Source: Eledone cirrhosa (Eukaryota). From it: a stretch of DNA of 64,000 nucleotides. The translations under genes were made by a program, and so were the position numbers. Below are positions 39,409 to 51,181 of this stretch, one piece after another (positions within the stretch are counted from its first letter, which is position 1; each line of letters begins with the position of its first letter). The stretch lies in contig OZ024740.1 in NCBI GenBank assembly GCA_964016885.1, forward strand, positions 119,908,001 through 119,972,000, written 5' to 3'. The notes below the pieces were generated by a model, which was given only the letters and a program-made list of their open reading frames with translations, had not been told where the DNA came from and did no database searches.

Positions 39409-40429
39409 CCTTAATTTAATAATATGAAACAATCACAATGATTTTTTTTATTTTCCCATGAAATCCTTGTGTTTTCATTATTTTTCTGATTTAAGAATTC
39501 CCCATGGACCTATTGGTAAGAGAATCTGTACATGAAAACTATTTTTCTCTAAGGAGAGAAATAGTACGTGCACATAAGTCTAAGGTAGAAACTTGCAATA
39601 TGATTTTTCTCTCGCATTAGACTCGTACATCCTTGACCCTCTCAAGATGGTGCTTTCGTCACTGATTTCACTCCCACTTGTCACTCTGTTGTTTTTGTTG
39701 CCTTGAATAAATGGTGACACTGCTGAGTAGTAAGTACTCTTTAGTGTTGAGTAACACAAGAAAAAACCTCACAAGTGTTGGTGCCATGATAAATTCCCTT
39801 GCTACATTCAATAAGAGGTTGGCAAATGGGCTGAAGCAATGTATATTTTAGAGGACCCCTCAGTTATTCTGAGAACATAACCAACTTTTTTGTTGGAGCA
39901 TGATAAAATGCCTTGAATACTCCTTGTAAAGTGGTTGGTTTAAAGAAAAGTATTTAGCCATAGAAATCATACTGAAATTGAATGTAGAAGCAAGATGTGA
40001 TTCTTTGACCCATCGAGAAGGGTGGTAACTCTGAACAAGAACTGATATAACCAGTTTTGACTTGTTCAACCCATGCCAACATGGAAAGCATGTGGAAATG
40101 AAGATAATGATGATGATAATGTCTTGCCTTACTTCATTAGGAATAAAGCCTCTTCTGTTTAGTGTATGATCCCATTGGATATCTTGAGCAAGCTTTCATT
40201 TTACTAGTCTTGAGATGACCACATCTTGTGAGTGAAATTGGGTAAATGGAGACAATGTGAGAGATTGTAGGTCAGATTGTATATTTAATTCAAAAGTTCG
40301 GCCTTATCACATATAGTGTTATACTGATTATGTCTGAGCATTACATTAAAGGTATACATCATATGGAATACTCTATCACTTTCATATTCAATCAGTTGAT
40401 CTAACAACTGAATGCTTATTGTCAAAAAC

Positions 40430-40655
40430 AATGGCCTAGTGGTAACAGTGCTGGAATTATGATCATAATGCCATGTATTCAATTGCTGGACTGGGTTTTG
40501 TGTTGTGTTCTTAAACAAAACACTTCATTTTGTGGTGCTCTAGTATACACAGCTGAAAATGGAGTGGCTCCAGGAGGAAGTCTTGTATTCTCAGTTAGTT
40601 AAAGCCATGAAAACTAAGATAAGCATATGCCTTATGAGCCTCCAGCCTCAAAACA
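40430..40655 (+). mobile_element. Old degenerate SINE family A
   Basis: tggcctagtggtaa..gtattcaattgc..tgtgttcttaaacaaaacacttcatttt..cagctgaaaatgg. Confidence 0.5.
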
Positions 40656-41179
40656 GATGTTTTTTTAGAATGGTGGATTCATCAAAATCACATAGCTATA
40701 AAGAAGGAGTAGGACATATTTGATATCTAGAAATACTGAGGGTAACAAGGAGGATGTACATCCCTATGGCTGAAGTGGTAAATTGTAAACAATTTTCCAT
40801 GTGGAGTACATTTGAACAAGTTAGTTTTACAGTCATTCTTCTTTTATTAAGACTGGACTGCCAGAAGCATAAATTTGTAATTGTTTCAGGCATAAATGAA
40901 ATGAAATATGAGTAGCTACAATACTAAAGCAATCAGATACGGAAAACAATATATTTGACTTGTCAGTTCAGAAGTGTATAAATATTAACGTTGAAAGGAA
41001 ATCATACACATTTATAATGGTAAAATTGGTGAAAGATCCAGAAAAAATATGCCATCACTGAAGCAAATAAAAAGAAATAAGATCCATGCATGAGAGCAAA
41101 AAGAACAAACCTACACATATGCAAATAAACATGTGTGTGTCTGTGTGTGTTTACACACACATATAATATATATATTTAT

Positions 41180-41545
41180 ATATTTAATATGGAAACGGCT
41201 TCTACAGGACTAGAGCTATTTCATTCAAAGGAAATCAGCAGGAAAGCCATTTGTTAATGTGTTAGGGTGGTATTTATACATTTTCTGGTGGTAGGGAAAG
41301 GTGGTGGTTGGGATGGGTGGAGGTCATTGGCTGATGGATTTAAAGAATGGGGATTCATTGAAAAAACTATATTTAGAGAAAAATAGTCATGCAGAAGGAT
41401 AAAAAAGCAGGCACCCCTAATTTTCAAGGTTCAATTATGCTAAGCAGACAAAAAGTTTTTCTTTAAGAGGCTGTAATAATATGCTGTGTTAAAGAAGACA
41501 AAATGGTCAAGTCTTTACAATCACACACTCACACACATACATACA
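41180..41545 (-). repeat. Left arm of a ~360-bp long-range inverted repeat (partner 45478-45823), with hammerhead-like motif at 41197-41248
   Basis: Alignable throughout with the reverse complement of 45478-45823. Motif ggctttc-CTGCTGA-t-ttc-cttt-gaa-t-GAAA-tag..ctg-TA-gaagcc. Confidence 0.88.
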
Positions 41546-41584
41546 CACACACACATATATATATACATAACCATATACATATGC

Positions 41585-41665
<81 letters not shown>

Positions 41666-42080
41666 CATATGTATATATATGTATGTATGTATATGTAGGT
41701 ATATATATATATGTATGTATATGTGTGTGTGTGTATGGGTTTATGTATGGATGTGTGTATCTGTTTGTTTGTATATGTACATATGTATATATTTGTTTAC
41801 ATCCATATGTGTTTATATTGAGAGGGAAGGAGTCATATGTTGTTTTATTGTGTATATATACCAAATGCATATTCTATAGAAGAATGTTTATACATATGTG
41901 TATATATGTATATACGTATTTAAGTATACCTGTGTGTGAGTATATATGTATGTATATACGTATTTGCGTGTATATGTGTATATAAATCTGTGTGTATATG
42001 TATATATATATATGTATATGTTATGTGTATATGTATGTATGTATATATTTCTGTATGTATGTATAAAATAAATATATATA

Positions 42081-42442
42081 TGTATAGTATATTTGGCAAT
42101 ATACCGTATGTTTAATTAAAAACATTTAGAAGACCATACGCTATCGGTTTTAATGTAGTGACTATGTCACTTACTTCTTTTAATCGAAAGAAGGGAGAGA
42201 AGCTAACAGTCTGTTTCACGCTGTTGGCGATCATCAGAGCCACGCACTCCCTGCTTCCGCCTAAAAGAATCCAGCTTCTATAATTTTCGGCAAAAGCGTG
42301 AAACAGTCTGTTAGCTTCTCTCCCTTCTTTTGCTGAGAAGAAGTAAGTGACATAGTCAATACTTTAAAGCTATGGTCTTAAAACTATGGTCTTCAAAATG
42401 TTTTTAATTAAACATACGGTATATTGCCAAATATACTATACA
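42081..42442. repeat. Fold-back element with hammerhead motif 42201-42241 (-)
   Basis: Arms tatagtatatttggcaatataccgtatgtttaattaaaaacattt.. and ..aaatgtttttaattaaacatacggtatattgccaaatatactata. Motif ggct-CTGATGA-t-cgc-caaca-gcg-t-GAAA-cagactg-TT-agct. Confidence 0.9.
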
Positions 42443-42689
42443 TACATTCATGTATACATCGCTATGCATTCATGTATACATCGCTATACATTCATGTATA
42501 CATCCTAATACCATATATATATAAATATTTGAAAAGGGTGTAAGGTTCTATACAAAACAGGGATCCTATGTATATATATGTGTGCGTGTTTGTGTATGTA
42601 TGTATATGTGTGTATATATGTATGTATATCTATATGTATGTACTTGTATGTATGCATTTGTGTGTGTATGTATGTATGTATATGTATGC

Positions 42690-42724
<35 letters not shown>

Positions 42725-42814
42725 TGTCACCCCACTGTTGATCAATATGCGCATATGTTTTATGTGTCTCTTGGGTTGAAAAGGAGGTCAAGTATGTTAT
42801 AGATCAGTAAATAG

Positions 42815-42863
42815 TTGCTCCGAAGAATCCAAACCTCGGTTTGGAGGAAACAATTGTAAGCAA
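42815..42863 (+). ncRNA. Minimal type-I hammerhead-like motif with palindromic stem III
   Basis: ttgct-CCGAAGA-a-tccaaac-ctcg-gtttgga-g-GAAA-CAATTG-TA-agcaa: perfect stems I and II, ACAAUUGU palindrome, U4->C. Confidence 0.7.
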
Positions 42864-42957
42864 ATAAATGACTTAAACTGAACTTTGATTACTGTAATCT
42901 CTCTATATATATATATAAATGTATATGGGTGTATATGTGTATATGTGTGTTGTTGTA

Positions 42958-42990
<33 letters not shown>

Positions 42991-43014
42991 GTATATATAT
43001 ATATGCATACCTAT

Positions 43015-43049
<35 letters not shown>

Positions 43050-43066
43050 AATATATACACATACAC

Positions 43067-43255
43067 ACATATGAAGGAACGATCGACTTTCGTCAAATCG
43101 GATCGAAGGAACAATGTTTCCGTTGGTCTTTCCAATTGCTAATACTATCTATCGGTCGCAACTCCAGGTAGAAGGAGCAACGTGAAATAAAGTGTCTTGC
43201 TCAAGGACATAACGCATCGCTTGGTCCAGGAATCGAACTCACAACCTTACGATTG
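43067..43255 (-). mobile_element. SINE copy nearly identical to 3968-4196, 5'-truncated
   Basis: Only about three substitutions seen over ~185 bp. Confidence 0.88.
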
Positions 43256-43259
43256 ACAG

Positions 43260-44655
43260 GTTCAGATTAGGGGGTGGGGTGGAATGGAGAGGGGGGGATA
43301 TTTTGTCGGCGAGGTTTTTTAAAAAACTGTTTAATAGAATTTATATGTTCCATAGTTTTTGTGCATGCAATTCGCTTCGTGTTGAGCGAGTTTGTTCAGT
43401 ATCGGGCCCTTGGCAAACAGTATTTCATAGCTCTACGAAATATAAAGTCACAACATTTGTATCCACCTATGTATGAGCGCGCTCTCTGGAGTAATTTCCA
43501 TTTGAGCGTGAAGGGATGGAGCTCCTCTCGAGGTCCCAGGCATATGCGGCAACTGTTGTTTATTGGATTTGTCCAGTCTTCTGAACAAGTGTGTAGCATC
43601 GCTTCTTAAAATTGTTGGATACCATTCCGATATAAGTTTTTTGTTGTTGTCATCAATGTCTTTGATGACATCAAATTTATATATGATGTCATTCGTCAGG
43701 CATTTTTATTTTCGAGTGGACACACTTCCTTATTGTGGTAGTTACACAAGGCTCCAGTTCAGTTTTGGGTTTCAGAGGTAGTAGTCTTATTTAATTTAGT
43801 GGTATTGAGGTTGGCTATATTCCTAGCTAAGTTAGGTGTAGGAGAGTCTTATTGTATTCTTATTAAAAATAGTGTAGCACCTATGTTGTGTGGGGAAGTG
43901 TTCTTTAACAATTTGAAGAAAGTCCTAGCTATTGGTGTAGATGCCACTCGATTGTACCAACTAATTTGCCTATGCCTATTCCTCCTAAATGGTCTGGGGT
44001 TGTTTTCTAGATTAGTAATTTTTTTTTTTAACCCACTTCATGCAAGGCCATCATTGTAATAAGGGGCAGTGGCACTAAAAATGCCTTCATTGGCTTAGAG
44101 ACCGGAAAATCTAAGTGAAACAATTTAAACTAAATTATCAGTAATATTTTTAGGGTGGTTCAAACTACCATCTAAGTATCTAAGGGATTCATTACGTTTG
44201 TAGTACAGATAATAGAGGGAAGTATCTAAATCTAAAGTGATATCTGATAAGTTGGCCCTAGTCATATTTGATTCTATGGTTATTCTAAGTTCTAGATTAC
44301 GGAACAACAAGCTTAAGTTTCTCCGAAACCAATCAGTGATTCTAGGGTTTACTTTATGCAAAGCAAAAAGGCCATCGTTTCAGTATAATCCTTTGGTTAG
44401 GACTGTGAAAAGGTTCTTCAGATGGTTCAGGATGTACAGGCCCACCAGGTCGCTAACTTCTGCTGAGTCACTTGCTCCCATACTGATGTCAAAAGGAGTC
44501 TCAGATTTCTTCTTAATCCAGTAACACCCCTCGCAGTATAAAATAGGTCTTAAGAGCGTGGAGGATCGCATCCTGCTCAACGTTGATGAAGTGCTAAAAT
44601 CCCTGGCAAAAGCTAGTGCATCATAGAGGCTCTGAGATAGAATAGTAGTGGTCTT
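43260..44655 (-). mobile_element. Decayed Penelope-like element (RT C-terminal half + GIY-YIG), same clade as 28095-30990
   Basis: WIKKKSETPFDISMGASDSAEVSDLVGLYIL..GLY*NDGL..ITIESNMTRANLSDITLDL..LNHPKNI; downstream ..WKLLQRARSYIGGYKCCDF... Confidence 0.85.
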
Positions 44656-44768
44656 CTATATCCAGTTGCAGAAAAAGGGAAGAGCCATATATTGGTTTGT
44701 TGTGTATATATACGAAATGCATATTTTATAGAAAAATGTGTATATATGTATATATGTATGTATGTGTA

Positions 44769-44827
<59 letters not shown>

Positions 44828-44857
44828 ATATGTATTTGTGTGTATATGTGTGTATAT

Positions 44858-45132
44858 ATCATCGTCATCATCATCATCATCACCACCGTTTTACGTCCGT
44901 TCTTCCACGCTAGCATGGGTTAGATGGGTTGTCCTGTTGTGGGCAGTGTCCAGTCGGCTGACCATGCCTTGCTCATACGGGAACTGATTCTGGCTTGATT
45001 TCTACAGCTGAATGCCCTTCTTAACACCAATCTCATTTACAGTGAGTGCTGGGTGCTTTTTTTCCGTGGCGCCTACACAAACATTTTGCATTGGGAGGGT
45101 GTTGGGGCATATTGTCCATATGCTTCAGCTTC
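44858..45132 (-). mobile_element. RTE-type 3'UTR/tail fragment
   Basis: Reverse complement of 32185-32495. Confidence 0.8.
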
Positions 45133-45477
45133 ATACACACATGTATATATGTATGTATGTGTATGAGTGTGTATGTGTGTGTATATGTTATATGTATATT
45201 TTATGTGTATATGTTTGTATATATATATATATATATATGTCTGTATGTATGTATAAGATAAATATACATATATATATGTGTGTGTGTGTGTGTATGTATA
45301 TGTGTGTATATATCATCATCATCATCGTTTAACGTCTATCTTCCACGCTAGCATATATATATATATATATATGATATATATATATATATATATATGTATA
45401 TGTATGTATAACCCATGCTAGTGTGGAAGATAGACTTTAAACGATGATGATGATGATATATATATGTGTAGATGCAT

Positions 45478-45823
45478 GTATGTGTGTGAGTGTATGATTG
45501 TAAGGACCTGATCATTTTGTAGACTTTAACACAGCTTATTATTACAGCCTTTTGTCTGCTTAGCATAATTGAACCTTGAAAATTAGGGGTGCCTGCTTTT
45601 TTATCCTTCTGCATCACTATTTTTCTGTAAATGTAGTTTTTTCAATGAATCCCCATTCTTTAAATCCATTGGCCAATGACCTCCACCCATCCCAACCACC
45701 ACCTTCCCCTACCACCAGAAAATGTATAAATACCACCCTAACACATTGACAGTAGGCTTTCCTGATGATTTGCTTCAAATGAAATAGTTCTAGTTCTGTA
45801 GAAGCTATTTCTATATTAAATAT
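45478..45823 (+). repeat. Right arm of the long-range inverted repeat, with hammerhead-like motif at 45755-45806
   Basis: ggctttc-CTGATGA-tttgcttcaaat-GAAA-tagttctagttctg-TA-gaagct. Confidence 0.88.
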
Positions 45824-45885
45824 TTATACTCTGCTATGTATTGAGTACCTTATTTACTGTGGTTACCCCTGATTGAACCCGGGAT

Positions 45886-45918
<33 letters not shown>

Positions 45919-46354
45919 CATACATATATGTATGTATATATATACATATATAGATACATATCTCCGGGAGAGATGACCCCTTAGCCTTTGTCAAGGCAGA
46001 ATTCTAGGAGAAGGAAAACTCTGATATAACACCTGCAACCCTGATGGTATCCAATGATGTTGACTTGTTCTTCTTTTTGGTAAATATCATCTTGGGTAAG
46101 AGAGTGGGACTGGCTTTGTGCAGTGCCTTTGCTCATTATAAAAGCTTCACGGCACAGGCATTGCTTTATATCTGGAGATCTCTCTGCACTTGTCGTCACA
46201 TGGTACCATGGGCCAGCACTATGTGTCAATAATTGTCACGAGTGTAGTGTTTGTACTCGAAAACGAGTTGGCAGCCACCATATAGATACATATATATACA
46301 TATAGATATATATATTCATATGAATATAATATGTATATATATATATATATATAT

Positions 46355-47035
46355 CATCATCATCATCATCATCATCATCATCGTTTAACGTCCCTGTTCC
46401 ACGCTTGCATGGGTTTGGACGGGGGTTTTCCCACTTGAGGCAAGAGTGGTTGTCTTGCTCGCATAGGACTGTCTGGCGTGTTTTCTACAGCTGGATGCCC
46501 TTCCTAACACCAACCACATTTACAGTGTGGGACTGGGAGGTTTTTACCGTGTTGCCTACACGGTCACATTACAGCGTGGACTGTGTGTTTTTTTGTCGTG
46601 ACACCTACACGATCTCGTTTGTTTCGGCCTGGATGTAGTGGCACCAACATAACTTTGCATTGAAGGGGGGCGGTGTGGATGGGGTGGGACGGGGTGTATT
46701 TTGTTAGAGATGCCTACTGACTAGTAGGTTTTACTTTGTATTTAGGTAAGGCGGGTCTTCTCTGTTACTGAGTACCACCAAAGGTCTCGGTCCAGTGACA
46801 TTGTATTGGAGAGGTGTAAGTGTGTGAGGTCGGAATTTATCAGCTCGTCCCAGGTTTTCCTGGGGCTGCCTACTCCGTGGCTACCATCTATCTTTATTGC
46901 CCTGCACTTTGTTATACAGCTGTCGTCTTTCATGCGCATCACGTGACCATACCAACGTAGCCTTCTCTCGAGTAAACAACATCTGATCCCTCTTATTTCT
47001 AATTTTTTCCTTAGTTCGTTTATGCTTTGCCGTTC
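46355..47035 (-). mobile_element. RTE LINE 3' fragment
   Basis: RQSINELRKKLEIRGIRCCLLERRLRWYGHVMRM..GSPRKTW..EKTRLT*, then 3'UTR and (atg)n tail. Confidence 0.92.
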
Positions 47036-47674
47036 ACATATATATATATATATATATATACATAAGCAGGAACAAAGCAAAATTTAACATATTGAGGTCT
47101 CATTCGAATTAATTCAGAGTCAATTTGAAAAACCTAACCATATATCTTCTCCAAATATTTAAGGGAATCAACAACAACCACAACAACAACCACACCAACA
47201 ATAAGAAGAGCCACTCCTAAATTTCAGCACAAAATAAGACTTACCGAATGACAAGTTAACCAGTTTTTCACATTAAGATTCCCATTCACCAAATTCACTG
47301 AATACCTTAAGAGACTAACCATAGCAACCACCACAATCATCCTCATTATCTACTGCTACTACTATCAACATTTCTACCAACTCAAAAACTCAAATAATAA
47401 ACAACTGCTTTCTTCCTCTATATCTTCACCTCAATCCAATAGTACTATATAAAATCTGTCAAAATCTATGAAGCAGCATAATGATTCACAAACATGACCC
47501 CCTCCCTCGACCAAAAAAAAAAAAATGCCGTTATTCTATATGGCAAAGGCTCTGCACTTGCAATGACTGCACCTTCACACATCTACCTGAAACAAGATGC
47601 ACAATTCATATGAACACTATCAGACAAAACCAAACCACACATCCTACAATAACATCAATAAACACTAAATTAAA

Positions 47675-49078
47675 TCATCATCATCATCATCATCATCGTT
47701 TAACGTCCATCTTCCACGCTTGCATGGGTTTGGACGGGAGTTTTCCCACTTGAGGCAAGAGTGGTTGTCATTGCTCGCATAGGACTGTCTGGCGGGTTTT
47801 CTACGGCTGGATGCCCTTCCTAACACCAACCACATTTACAGTGTGGACTGGGAGGTTTTTACCGTGTTACCTACACGGCCACATTACAGCGTAGACTGTG
47901 TGTTTTTTTGTCATGATACCTACACGACCTCATTTGTTTCGGGCTGGATGTTGTGGTACCAACATAACATTGAAAGGGGTGGTGTGGATGGGGTGGGGGT
48001 AGTGGGACGAGGGTGTATTTTGTTAGAGGTGCCTACTGACTGTAGTAGGTTTCACTTTGTACTTAGGTAAGGCGGGTCTTCTCTATTACTGTGTAGCGCC
48101 AAAGGTCTCGGTCCAGTGACATTGTCTTGGAGAGGTGTAAGTGTGTGAGGTCGGAATTTATCAAGTCGTCCCAGGTTTTTCTGGGTCTGCCTACTCCGTG
48201 GCTACCATCTATTTTTATTGCCCTGCACTTTTTTATACAGCTGTCGTCTTTCATGCGCATCACGTGATCATACCAACGTAGTCTTCTCTCGAGTAAACAG
48301 CATCTGATCCCTCTTATTTCTAATTTTTCCCTTAGTTTGTGTATGCTTTGCCGTTGACGTATGTTACTATTACACAACCAGCGGAGCATGCAAGCTTCGT
48401 TCCTCTCCAGTCTGCGTATATCCTCTGCACACAATGCCCAGGTCTCACTGCCATGCAACATTGCTGTTCGTATGCAGGCATCATACAGCCTGCCTTTCAT
48501 TTTTAGGGAGAACCCTTTAGCGGCTAATAGTGGTATAAGCTCTCTGAACTTTTTCCATCCAGTTCTGACTCTAGCTACTGTACTTTCAGAGCACCCTCCC
48601 CCACTGCTGATTTTGTCAGCCAGGTAACAGAAGCTGTCCACTATTTCTATAGAATCATCTGTGCAATGGAATGAGCTAGTATTTTTGTGGGCACTTGCTG
48701 CTACTTATTGCCCCAGAGCACCGGCCACATATAAAATCTATGTTCTTAGTTAGCTTACCTGTGATCCCACTACATCTTTTATGCACCCATACTTTGCATT
48801 TGGGACATAAAATGGAGTTTCTACCTAATCCATTCCTACACACTGAGCATGGCCATTTCCCAGATGGGACCAGCGCCCTATTTTCCTTCCTACAAACTAG
48901 AACTTTAGTCTTAGACAGGTTAATTTTAAGGCCTTTTGATTCTAGGCCATGCTTCCATGTTTGGAATTTCTTCTCTAGTTCGGCCATTGATTCAGCTATG
49001 AGCGTTAGATCATCTGTGTATAGGAGTTCCCATGGGCAGCCGGTCTTGAACTCCACTGTTATAGCCTGAAGGGCTAAT
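47675..49078 (-). mobile_element. RTE LINE, 5'-truncated (RT motif C to 3' end), with in-RT PHD finger
   Basis: PWELLYTDDL, GLKINLSKTK, C4HC3 finger, DSFCYLAD, KGRLYDACIRTAMLHGSETW, RRLRWYDHVMRM, GRPRKTW; frameshift near 48690; (atg)n tail. Confidence 0.93.
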
Positions 49079-51094
49079 ATCTGCTATTATTCCCAACAAG
49101 AGAGATTATGTATTCAACACGACTGCCACTTTACTCATCTTCACTTGATGCACTAACAGAAATGGGACTCAAAGCCATCATCTACCCCACAGTAAAATCA
49201 TCCCCTGCTGCAGTAATGCTGGTCTAGACTTTTCACAAAGGTACAAAAACACAAACAAAAGTTGAAACTATAATCTTATCCAACAGCGCAAAACCACACA
49301 TCCAGTCAGCAACTGCTCACTAAACAAGAACACTCTTTTTTAGCCATGATAAACCTGGCAAAAGATATACAAAAATACCTTCTAGCTATCTCACATCACC
49401 AACGCATGCTATTACACCAGTGCACCAACTCCCACATTGCCATCACTAACAAACAAACATAAAACAGTAAAATCCAGCCTCTACTTTAGTCTTTACATAT
49501 CTACTCAATGCACAAGGTGTCATCACTTCCATCAATACACAAAAATGGAAGGCCCATTCATTGGGGATTAGGTTGACATTTTCCTGCATGATTCTTTTAC
49601 GGCAGACAGAAATAACATATCATATTTCCCAATGGCTACTCTTAATCAGTCACCATGTACAACAAAGCTAATGATTTGATAGCAGTTGGGCTCTATAGGC
49701 CACTCCAAGCTACTATATATATATAATGAATATGCAAATCACTTAATACCACATGCAATCTCAAAGAAAAATGACACGCACATAAGTGCAGAGTGAAATT
49801 ATAAAGCTCAACCTTCCCTCTTTCTTTCTTCCTTTGCCTAATAGTCCTTCCACTTTCCCTACTTTTCCTCACATTTATGACATTTATAGTCCTTTCCACA
49901 ATTATTGTCTGAAATGTTAAGGCTCTTTTCCAACTATATAAAGAGTTAAACTAACATATTTTGTCATTGTACTGTGTTGTTTGCTTTGTTATTTCTGTTT
50001 ATCCTTTGCATATATATATACATGATATATGAGTTAATTATTAATATATATTATTTTGTAGTTATTCTTATTACTTTTAGGTGGAATATTTCATCTACCT
50101 GAACCACTTTTCCCTGCAAATTCCCTTCATTCTCAGAAAACAGATTATCTCGGCTTTCAGGTGCTATGACTATTATAAAGATCTACCAACAGTCTATTAT
50201 ATGCTCAAAGATACAATATCAAAGGTTTGTTTTAATAATTGGTAGGTAGGATGAGAAATATTTAAGTTGTTATATAATCATACAACTCAAATACAAAATA
50301 CAATTTTATACTCAACCTTTTGTAAATTAAAAAGAGATTCTGCAACATATTCTTCTATACTGGATCATATACATTTGAAAATTCTTTTTTAAAATGTTTA
50401 CCTTCAAATGTATTTCGTTGTGACCTCCTGCATCATTTTATGCTTATTTTCCATGTTTTGACAGTTCATGAGTTTGACTGTTCATTACAGCCTAGGACTA
50501 AATGAGTTGGAAGACCATGTCTCACTTGGTTATTAAATTTTTGGCATGATTTTTATGTCTGAACAAGCCCCATAACAACAAACACTTTTTTTATTTAGTG
50601 TAGTGGGTTTATTTAGTCAAAGCCCCCAAAATTAGAAGTTGCTATAATTCACCATCTTCAGCAAATAAATGAATCTTACTAGATGTATTTAGTACTCCTT
50701 TTGTGTATACATTTAAATACATATCTTCATCATCATTGTTTTTACAACTGGTTTACAATGCTGGCATGTGTTGGATGTGAAACTTTTGAGGCTGTATTCT
50801 AAGGCAAGTTTCCCTTACTGACACCAACCCTTACTAATATCCTCATGCCAAAATGCTGTGCAGTAAGAAATTTTGTCTATGTCCATGCCATAAACAAATA
50901 TCATTGCTTAGTACTATCAAATGTGAAGCGAAGATACATACACACATTTTTCATCAACCAAATTCACCCAAACTGCATTGGTCAACCTGTGACTACAGTA
51001 GAAGACTTTTGTCCATGTAGTAGGATACAATCTAAAACCACATGGCTAGGAAGCAATCTTCTTAACAACTATAAAATTTATGCGTGTGTTTATA

Positions 51095-51181
<87 letters not shown>

